A stretch of 64,000 nucleotides of DNA. It comes from Rhynchobatus australiae. Its lineage: Eukaryota. The position numbers and the translations under genes were made by a program. The stretch lies in NCBI GenBank assembly GCA_034780895.1, contig JAUZTB010000027.1:15456569-15520568 (forward strand). The letters run 5' to 3'. Under the pieces are notes generated by a model. It was not told the origin of the DNA. It was given only the letters and a program-made list of their open reading frames with translations, and did no database searches. Position 1 is the first letter of the stretch, and each line of letters starts with the position of its first letter. Below, in pieces: positions 54,493 to 64,000 of this stretch.

Positions 54493-55441
54493 TTTTTTTT
54501 AAACCTTTACCAACTTTTATTTAGCCACAGATCCTCAACAGTTGTGCCACATGGTTTACAACAACTTGGTCTTTTTTCTTTAATTTAAAACCAGGTACAA
54601 AGATTAAAAAGTTTCACATCAGATTTACCTTTTCACTTAATTCACAAACAAGTTAACACCCAATTCAAAAATGACATTACCAAAACAGACTCATGATTAA
54701 AAAAAACTATCAAGAGAAAGGCATTGAAGAATACTGAAAGTGGAAATGTAGGCACACTGATTTCCTGAGGTTTGGTGATTTAGCTGCTCTCACCCAGTGT
54801 ATGCTTGTCAAACAGGTACTCGGCCATGCCATTCTGGGGCACCCCCATGCAAGTCAAATTGGTGATCATGTCTCCAAGCTTCTTTATGGCTTTGACCTGC
54901 TCATGCAAGTAGTAGGTTTCTAAGAAGTCGCACATAGGAGGGTTATTCTTGTCTGCAGCAAGTGGAGCTCCAGGAAAGACTGGTTGACGGTCTCTTCCAG
55001 GTGAAGGGCACACCGTAGAGCCTCGAGGCCATTGCTCCACTCGTCTCAGTCAGGTTTCGAAATGTCCTGGAGAATAACACGTCCTCTATGCTGGTTATGG
55101 AATTCTATCAGTTTTTCCACATGCTCCCACTCCTCATGGGACTGATCCCAGAAAAACTTGGCTAAGTTCTTCAACGCCACATCATCCCGATCGAAGCAAG
55201 CAGATATGGACAGGTAGACATAGGAGGCATAAAGCTCCATGTTGATCTGCCAGTTGACACTGGCTTCGCATTCCTGGTGGTAATTCTGGTGCACCTGGGA
55301 AGTCATCCTGCACTGGTTCCGACACAAAAGGTTGCTTAAATCAAAATAAAAGTAGTTTTTTTCCAAAAAAAAGGGAGGCTTTTGCAAGATTTGGGCTCTA
55401 TTCTGTTCAAACACTGTTGAAGCAAGAATACAACCCAGATT
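54493..55441 (-). pseudogene. Ferritin heavy chain (FTH1-like) processed pseudogene in the last intron of USP10
   Basis: Intronless CDS 55306-54780 ([16 protein letters not shown]...[16 protein letters not shown]). In-frame TGA at 55048-55046, frameshift near 54960, 5' UTR with IRE, AATAAA at 54521-54516, A8 tail at 54500-54493. Confidence 0.95.
55399..55430 (-). promoter_or_regulatory. Iron-responsive element (ferritin-type IRE hairpin)
   Basis: TATTCT-TGC-TTCAA-CAGTGT-TTGAA-C-AGAATA: CAGUGN loop, 5-bp upper stem, UGC/C internal loop, 6-bp lower stem. Confidence 0.92.
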
Positions 55442-56457
55442 CTCAAAAGGCAAAGTTAAATTAAACCATAATGGAAAATGACGAGGCAGGGCCTTTTAGT
55501 TTTCTTAAATTCAGACTGGGTTATTATAATGAGACCTTTGAGTAGCTAAACTTTTATTTCAGCATCAGCACAACTACCAAAATGAAGAACTCCAAATTGA
55601 TTAAAGATTCCAAGACAGGAACTGAAAAAAGTAATCAGCAATAGGACAAGATATGTCACGTTATGCAAAAATGCTTAATACTAGTAACAAATCTGGCAAC
55701 CCAATTCACATTTTATTTTCCACAGGCTGTTCTGTGATGATGACTAGGAAAATCTCCAAATTTCACATTAACATTTGAAAATAATGCCTTTTCAACACAC
55801 TTAAAAATCACTGGAATTTAAAAATATTCCTCAAATCCCATTATGACAGCGTTTGAAAGCAAACAACTACTTTTTTTGGTTCTTTGAATTCCAAAAGGAC
55901 GTTTTAGCATTTCAATCCTCGTTTCAATTTGTCATCTCCTGCCCTCTCAGAGTTTTTTCACCATGTGCAAAGCACAAGTCAAGAGTGTGATAGAATATAC
56001 TTGTGTGGATCAGTGGAGCCCCCAAAATACTTGAGAAGGTCCACGCTATCCAGGACATGTGGTCCTTTAAATAAGCTGTAAACGAAAATCAAACTGCAGA
56101 GGTTTGAAATAGAAAATAAAATCAGAATATTAGGAACACTCAATACAAAAGGCAGCATCTTTTGAAGGAGAAACAGAATGTGTGTTTCAGGGCAAAGGCT
56201 CTATACCTGTCAGAATTGAGAAAGAGAAAACAAGTTTGTTTAAAGTTGCAGAGAGTAGAGGAGGGAACAGATAAGACACAGGATCTCTCAGATAGGGCAA
56301 AACCCCAGGGTTGCAAGTAGTAATATATGAAGCCACCTGGGATTTTTTTTAAACAGCTCTGCATTCACAACTTTGACATGTTCCTTTATCTAAGAACTCT
56401 CTCACTAACCTATGAGATAGCTTCATCAACAACTTATCACTACTGCAATCCTAGGGT

Positions 56458-56619
56458 GACACATGAGACTCTGCTGATGCTGGAATCTGGAGAGCAACAC
56501 ACACAAAGTGCTGGAGCAACACACACAAAGTGCTGGAGCAACTCAACAGATCACGCAGCACCTATGGAGGGAAATAAACAGTAGACGTTTCGGGTTGAGA
56601 CCCATCATCAGGTGTGTGT
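56458..56619 (-). mobile_element. Penelope-derived short element with hammerhead core (56611-56584) and 14-bp TSD, nested in an older copy (about 56090-56790)
   Basis: TGCAATCCTAGGGT at 56444-56457 and 56620-56633. Minus strand reads CTGATGA-T-GGGT(CTCA)ACCC-GAAAC-GTC. Contains an internal tandem duplication of about 22 bp. Confidence 0.8.
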
Positions 56620-58914
56620 TGCAATCCTAGGGTCTCGCCTTTGACCTATCCATCCCTCCTGCACCTTAAAACTAGCAAGTTCTCCGTTTCCCAATTCTGA
56701 TGAAGAATTGACCTGAAATAGTAACACTATTTCTCTTTCTACAAATGTTTCCTGATCTGCTAGCTCATTCCAGCATTTTCTGTTTTTCTCTTATGTAGCA
56801 CGTCACCCTCAATTTAAACAACAATGCTCTGTCACAGGTAGAGTGCCTGTAATGAGCACAGGTCCTGTAATCAACTAAATGCACTGCAGTTACTTGTCAA
56901 GGCTACTCCCAACAACACATCCAGAACCCAAAACTTCTTTTAAAAATACAAGGCCACCACAAACATGGGAAAACCATTACCTACAGGTTACCCTCTGGTT
57001 ACACACTATCCTACTTGTGAATACCATTCCCTCATTGTCACTGGTTTTAAATCCTAGAACTTCTTTAATAAATAGCAGGCTGGGAGAAGCTTCACCACTT
57101 AGAATGCTGTGGTTCAAGGCAGCATTCACAACCATCTTCACAAGAGCAATTTAATATAGGCTTTAAAAGATGGCTTTGTCAATAATCCCTGCAACACCTT
57201 GAGGAAAAATCCCTGTTCAAATCTCAACAGTGCCTCAGCATTTATTGAGCTCACTGCAACCAAATTTTCATCCAGATTCAGCAGATTTAATATCAACACA
57301 AGATCCTTAANNNNNNNNNNNNNNNNNNNNNNNNNNNNNNNNNNNNNNNNNNNNNNNNNNNNNNNNNNNNNNNNNNNNNNNNNNNNNNNNNNNNNNNNNN
57401 NNNNNNNNNNNNNNNNNNNNNNNNNNNNNNNNNNNNNNNNNNNNNNNNNNNNNNNNNNNNNNNNNNNNNNNNNNNNNNNNNNNNNNNNNNNNNNNNNNNN
57501 NNNNNNNNNNNNNNNNNNNNNNNNNNNNNNNNNNNNNNNNNNNNNNNNNNNNNNNAACCTCAACTCCACATTCCTGCCCTCACAAAGTAATATTTCCCCA
57601 TAAGATAACTTGGAATGGATGGGTTATCAGTCTAGTGAACTTTCTTTGAACCATTTCATAATATATTTACGCCCTTCCTTAAGAGGCCAATACTGTACAC
57701 AATACTCCAAATGTGATCTCCCTAACTAATTTTATTTTGGGAATATATAGACATTGAAGTCCAAGCCGCAGTTCTTCATCACATATCCTTGAAGGCGACA
57801 GAGGTAATTGATTAAGGAATTTAGAGATACGAGTTCATCAAGGATTGGGGGGAGGGAGAGTTGGAAAAGGCAATCAATTTTCTGGTTTAGAATTGTCTGG
57901 TTAAGGTGTACAAGACATTATTTCAACCTTTATAAGCTGCCTTGTCCTTTGAAGAATGCCTAAAATTTCTTTTGCTGGTAACCTTGTATAACCAATTATA
58001 ACTCTAAATACTGATTAACTGAAGACACTTTAGATCAAATGAAGCAGCAGCACATGATATGTCAGCCCTGCAATTGCCAAGATACAATTTTTAGACTGCT
58101 TCCCTTGCACAATTGGCAAATTATTGAAATATAAACATATGAATTCTCCACATAAATATATTCAACTTAACAGGAACAAACAAGACAATATGTGCAACTA
58201 TCATGATGTAAAGCATCTGCCACGGAACAACCATAACCAAGAAACATTATGAATTTGGTACATGATGAAATTCTTAGAAAAGATTCCTAAACCAGGACTG
58301 CTGGTACAAGAACAGAATATCAAAATTCAGCTTCTTCAATAATGGAGACACACAGGAATGTGCAAATGATAGACCAAGTAGTTAACATTAAGTACCAAGT
58401 AGTCATTACCGCTGGAATGTACACAAATTGCTTAACAGCTGTTCTTTTAAATGATAGGTTTTCTATGTTTTAAAATTAACAGGATGTTGTGCTCCAGATG
58501 ATGTGCTTGGAATCTTCTCAACAGGGCTTTGAAAATATGGTTCCCATCACAAAAGAAAACTATAAACTAAAATTTTCAAATTGTGTTACCACATAAAGTA
58601 GTCCAATCCCATTTGTTTATAAACCTCAGAAAAGAGGTCATTCAGCTTATTGGTATATTGCATTCTATCATCTCTCAGAATTACAAATTAACATACCTGA
58701 TGAATTTTTCCTTTATAAAACTTAAAACCCCTTCTGTTTTTGATCTAAGCAGTAATATTGCCCAGTGCATGCAATTTGACACCGAGTCAACAAGCAGCAC
58801 CAGGAACGTAGCACTAATTGAACACTAACGATTGTTGTTTTCTTTTCAAATATTTCACAATTATCATTAGAAACACAAAAGTCAAGGAATTACCGATTTT
58901 AATAAATTACATAC

Positions 58915-58980
58915 CTGCAAAGAGCCTATAGGTTCTTTGGACTTTGGAAATCTTACCCTTCACACCAGGGGAAAGGAGGT
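58915..58980 (-). CDS. USP10: USP10 exon: DLLSPGVKGKISKVQRTYRLFA
   Basis: 66 nt, AG/GT flanks, phase 1-1. Confidence 0.94.
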
Positions 58981-59469
58981 CTGAAAGGAAAGCAATAGTT
59001 TCAGTAAAGTGATATCGTATTAAGCAAGCCAGTTTTGTAGCAACCAAGTTTTAACACAAGGGATAATGTGGGAAAGGTCATGGAATGGGGTAGATTCAGC
59101 TGAACATCAAAATATGTAGAATATTACCATGAAAATTGATAAGATTCTTGCTCAGATATTGCTGAGAAGGACACACCTTTAAGTGTTCATTTGATAAAGC
59201 ATTATTACAAATAAACATTGAAAGGTGGAGTTGTACATCTCAATAGAGTAGTCCTCTTTGGAATGTGGCCAAACCTTTTTGCTGCCCAAGTTAACAAAAT
59301 AATAATCTGGGAGCTCTGAAGAACATACGACTAAGCATCTACACATTTGCAGTGGCAAATCTGTAATAATGATGGGATCACAAAGCATATTCAATGCACG
59401 AAAAAAATCTGAAATTTAAAAAACCTTACCTCATTAATAGTAACCATCATACTACCAGTAAAAATAAAA

Positions 59470-60558
59470 ATGGCAGAAGGTTAAGTTGCTTAGCATTCAG
59501 GATTAAGTAGTCAATTGGATTCAACGCTGGCTTAGCGGGAGAAGCCAGAGTGTGGTAGTAGATGGTTGTCTCTCTGATTGGACGCCTGTGACTAGTGGTG
59601 TGATGCAGAAATCTATGCTGGGCACCTTGTTGTTTATTGTCTACATTAATGATTTAGATGATAATGTGGTAACCCGGATCAGCAAATTTGCAGATGACAC
59701 CCAAGATTGGGGGTGTAGTGGACAGTGCGGAAGGATATCAAAGCTTGCAAAATGACCTGGATCAGCTGGGAAAATGGGCTGGAGAATGGCAGATGGAATT
59801 TAATGCAGACAAATATGAGGTGATGCATTTTGGGAGGATGAACCAAGGTAAGACTTTCACAGTGAATGGTAGGGCACTGAGGTGTTCCATAGAACAAAGG
59901 GACCTGAGAATATAGATCCATAATTCCTTGAAAGTGACATCACAGGTAGATAGGGTCATAAAGAGAGCTTTTGGCACAATGGCCTTCATAAATTAGGGCA
60001 GTGAATACAGGAGTTTGGATGTTATATTGAAGTTGTACAAGACATTGGTGACGCCAAACTTATTATGTTTGGTGTGCAGTTTTGATCACCTACCTGCAGG
60101 AAAGATATCAATAAGCTTGAAAGAGTGCAAAGGAAATTTACATAGGGTACCTGAGTTATAGGGAAAGGTTAGGACTTCATTCCTTGGAGTACAAGAGAAT
60201 GAGGGAAGATCCTATGAGGGTATATAAAATTATGAGGGGTATAGATAGGGTGAATGCATGCAGTGAAACTAGAACTAGAGGTCATAGGTTTAGGGTGAAA
60301 GATGAAATATTTAAGGGTAATCTGAGGGGGAACTACTTCGCTCAGAGGGTAGTGCGAATGTGGAATGAGCTGCCAGCGGAAGTGGAAGATGTGGGTTTAA
60401 TTGTAACATTTAAGAGAAGTTTGGATAGGTGCACAGATGAGAGAGGTTTGGAGAACTATGGTCTGGGTGCAGGTAGATGGGACTAGGCAGAAAACCAGGA
60501 TGGCATGGACTAGATGGGCTGAAGGGCCTGTTTCTGTACTGTAGTGGTCTTGATTCTA
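59470..60558 (+). mobile_element. CR1 LINE 5'-truncated copy (RT domain to 3' tail), disrupted
   Basis: VTSGVMQKSMLGTLLFIVYINDLD...ISKFADDT, WQMEFNADKYEVMHFG, TRTRGHRF...QRVVRMWNELP and a CR1 tail. Frameshifts present. Confidence 0.92.
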
Positions 60559-61408
60559 CGAGATGCAAGTCTTTCTAGTTCTATCCAATGGATCATTAGA
60601 AGTTATCATCATTCATACAGTAAAATAGATTTTCCATCTACACAAAATAATCAAACTCCACTTTACTGCTCCCAACACACCTCTGAATAATTTTATCAAT
60701 TATTCTCAACTAACTGCCAGATGGCAATATTGTTTGTGTTAAATAATTTGAGCTGACAATTTAGATTATCTTTTACTCAATTTTCTGATACAAAAACAGG
60801 TTAGTCAAATTCTTGTATTCATTGTCGTTTTCCTACACGTTGCTTTCCTTGCCTCCCAAGGGGATCCCATCCACCTTGTTTAAGCAGGCGTCAAAGAAAG
60901 TGTAGGAGGTCAGAGTTCACATTTCTAAGAATCAGCAACTTTTAAGAGAGAATCAGAACGTAACAAGTGACTGGGACACTGAAAGGAATTGACCCTCTTT
61001 TACGATGAAGATTGACTGCATTCTCTTTTCTGGTTATGTTTATTTTCCTTGATTACAAAAAAAATTCAAATAACTGTAAGTTTACAATGGATTGCACTGT
61101 CAGACCAGTGTCACAGTAGAAACCAAGCACTTCGTGAAAAGTAGTTCAGACTGTAGTTACCTCAGGCTACTATCATGAAACATTGGTTCAGTATTAAATT
61201 GACAGAACATTAAACCTGCCTATTCCCTCTTGTATAAAACTGCACTGCACTGGGGGAACAAAACAAAAATGGTAGATATGTGGGGACCCTTCTGTATGTG
61301 TTAGAATGGCTATGTTAACTGCAGAGTTCAAAGGGAGGATGGGGAAACTATCAGCATTCAGTGCAGCAATCAACTCTCCATGTTTATTTATGTTAACACT
61401 ACACTTAC

Positions 61409-61553
61409 CTTTACTTATTTCAAGGTCAATAGGGTAATCAATATTCTTGATTGGTTTCTGGCATCCCCCAGTCTTTTCATAAATGAAGCGCTTAAGATGC
61501 AGGACAAGAACAGGGGGCAATTCTTCCAAGGTAACACGACGACAAATCTCAAC
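61409..61553 (-). CDS. USP10: USP10 exon: [48 protein letters not shown]
   Basis: 145 nt, AG/GTAAG flanks, USP motif LPxVLxLHLKRF. Confidence 0.96.
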
Positions 61554-61604
61554 CTGAAACATCAAATGGAAATCAAGTTACACCAGTTTCATAAGCAAAT
61601 CAGG

Positions 61605-61666
61605 AAAGAGTAAGACTATGAATTAAAATTAACAAAGAGTATGACTATGAATTAAAATTAACAAAG
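61605..61666. repeat. 29-bp tandem duplication
   Basis: AAAGAGTA(A/T)GACTATGAATTAAAATTAAC x2. Confidence 0.9.
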
Positions 61667-62962
61667 TATTACACTATACATTCATCAAGGAACTGGATCA
61701 ATTTACATTCTTCACTATAAACTACAGTTAAGCTTATGGCATTCTATGAAATGATGCCACTCCATTGCAAAACCATCAACATATTTTTCCTAACTGGTGT
61801 ACGTAAAATAGAGAACATAGTTAATAATGCATAATAAATGGAAGTTTTGTCTATAGCCAGAAATTGTGTTCAATTCAAAAGGTACTTTACTCTTCCTATA
61901 AGGCCCGCATAACTGAAATGCAGGATCTCTCCCAATGAAAGGGAACAAACATGAAGACAAATCAACCATGTTGCTCTTTCCACAATTCCCAGCAGCACCA
62001 AATCACAGTCAGAAACCTGACACCAGAATGCATCCTTCAGGTCAGGGTACTCTTGTTGCTTCACACTCCTGCACTGCTGACAAAAGGGCTAGAAGTGCAA
62101 ATATAAAAATCACTTACAATTATTTTTAAAACCATTCAGTACAAATCAAAAATCATGGATAACCCAAACACTTTGGCTCCTTGCTTCTCCTATAAGCAGC
62201 ACAGGGAGACATATTACAAATTTGGGGATGTGGAGATAGGGGGAAAAGATGGCTGTCAAACCAAATAGGGAAGAAAGTTATATTGGCTCCTACCTACTCT
62301 AAATTCTCATGTCCACATCTGTATTAATTACAAGTGACTATACATCTTCAGATTTTCTTGTAGGTCATATACCGTCCAGATTGGGAAAGCTATCATAAAC
62401 CTTCATCACTGCTCGGTCTAAATTCTGGAACTGCTTCCCCAACAGTACTATGGAAATACCTTCCCCAAATGGATTGCAGTAATTCAAGAAGGCAGCTAAT
62501 CGCCACTTTCTCGAGGGCAATTAGGAACGGGTAGTAAACGCTGACCTTGATAATGATGCCCAGATCACAAAAAGGAATTTAAAAGTCCAAAGTAGCTCAC
62601 ACAACATTGCTGACACTTTCGTGCTCGAAATAATATGTAGGCAATATCCTATGGCAATATAAATGGTTTGGTAATAAAATGACTAAATTTGTAGGTCAAC
62701 ATTTTTTTTAATGTCAGCAATTTGCCACCAAATATACTGCCAAAACACACACCTGCGTACACATTGCTTAAGAGAGGGTGTGTGTGTGCGCACGCGCTTA
62801 TATTCTAAGTTTTGATGTCTAAAGTTAAGAAATGCCTTGTTTCAGTGCTCCTGGTATTAGCACGCACAATAAAACTTAATAAAAGCAACTTAAAATGTAA
62901 TATAATTAATTATTAATCATTTCTATTTATATTTGGAATCCATTTTGTTTCTAGGCACTTAC

Positions 62963-63128
62963 TTCTTGCTTGGTTTTAGTGGTGTATCCCTGAACAGACT
63001 CCCTGGCCACCAAGCTTTCCAGAGCATCCTGCACTGTACGAATCTTCTCAGACTGTATATCAAGCTGCAGTGAGAAGAATAGCTGGAGGGTGGCAGATTC
63101 CTTGGAGCTTTGCTGGTAAACGACAGAC
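62963..63128 (-). CDS. USP10: USP10 exon: (R)[55 protein letters not shown]
   Basis: 166 nt, AG/GTAAG flanks. Upstream exons lie beyond the window. Confidence 0.96.
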
Positions 63129-64000
63129 CTAAGGAAAATATAAACAGTAAAGGTATTTTTGAATGCTTTAGATATCTAGAAGCAGATATGGTACTATGCT
63201 AAATATCTATTTAATTGAAAAGAGCAAATACCTCATTTGTGGAACTACATTCCTGTCATCCTAGTTAATTATGGCCCATAACAATAAAATCTTTAACTAC
63301 CACTTTGACAAACAAGGTATTTTGCAGGATAAAGTGGATAAGCAACATATAATTGTGCAGCACAAAAATAACAATGCTAGTTCTTTGAAAGATTTCCAAT
63401 TTAGCTCCAGTTCAATGCTATTTCCCACAGGTCTGCAAATTTCTCCATCTGAGAATATAATCTATTTTAATCCTATGTTTGGTCCTCCAGTTTAAAAATT
63501 CAATATTCTTTTCTCTAATGATATTGCAAAGTGATGTTTGCCAATAGCACATCTAATTTTTCTGAAGTATCTCCTTAGTATTTTTTTCAGTAGTCTACCA
63601 AAGAATAAAGGCATACTTATATTCATGCAGTGGCATGAACAGATTCCATTACTGGCTACTCCCTGGCTAGAACTGGATAGATAAATATATGAACAAGGTG
63701 AATGTGGCTTCATTCAGCTGTTCCACAATGGAGTTGGGAACAGTGACAGTGGTCAATTTACAGGACTAGAGACCTAGTACAATTATCCAGAGGCCCAAGG
63801 AAACCACATCACAGCAACTGGGGAATTGAAATTCAAGTTATTCAAACAGAAAAAAAATCTCAAATACAAGTCAAGTAAAACAAATGCTGACTAGGAAGGT
63901 ACTGAGTTATCACCAACTTCTTCCGGAAAAGAAACTAGCCATTCTTAGCTGGTATAGACTATACACGACTCCAGTTCAACAGTTAACTAGTCAACTCTGA

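Noticed and set aside
55046-55453. 135-aa and 86-aa ferritin-like ORFs as functional genes
   Set aside because: They are two pieces of one processed pseudogene split by a nonsense codon and a frameshift. The N-terminal extension is translated 5' UTR.
59552-60486. Active reverse transcriptase gene
   Set aside because: 5'-truncated CR1 with frameshifts and stops.
1-64000. CRISPR array or prokaryotic defence system
   Set aside because: No repeat-spacer array or operon structure. The DNA is spliced vertebrate sequence, and CRISPLD2 is unrelated to CRISPR.

Overview
Eukaryotic, not prokaryotic: this is AT-rich vertebrate genomic DNA from a gappy scaffold, and its repeat complement (HE1/V-SINE-like SINEs, HER1/CR1-like LINE tails, Penelope-derived repeats) suggests a cartilaginous fish. 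Two protein-coding genes lie in tandem on the minus strand, in the same order as human 16q24. (1) A complete CRISPLD2 with 14 coding exons from 31645 down to 645 (1485 nt, 494 aa, signal peptide, CAP domain and 2 LCCL domains), plus a probable non-coding first exon and a TATA/NF-kB promoter at about 32.4-32.9 kb. (2) The last four exons of USP10 (63128 down to 49514). The last USP10 intron holds a full-length ferritin heavy-chain processed pseudogene that keeps a perfectly paired iron-responsive element, a poly(A) signal and tail, and a probable target-site duplication (TSD). The most notable non-genic signal is a dispersed family of short Penelope-derived elements, often with inverted arms. 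They carry minimal type-I hammerhead ribozyme motifs (CTGATGA...GAAAC-GTC/GTT), two have exact 13-14 bp TSDs, and several are nested in older copies of the family. Nearly all ORFs in the supplied track are spurious. There is no CRISPR array.
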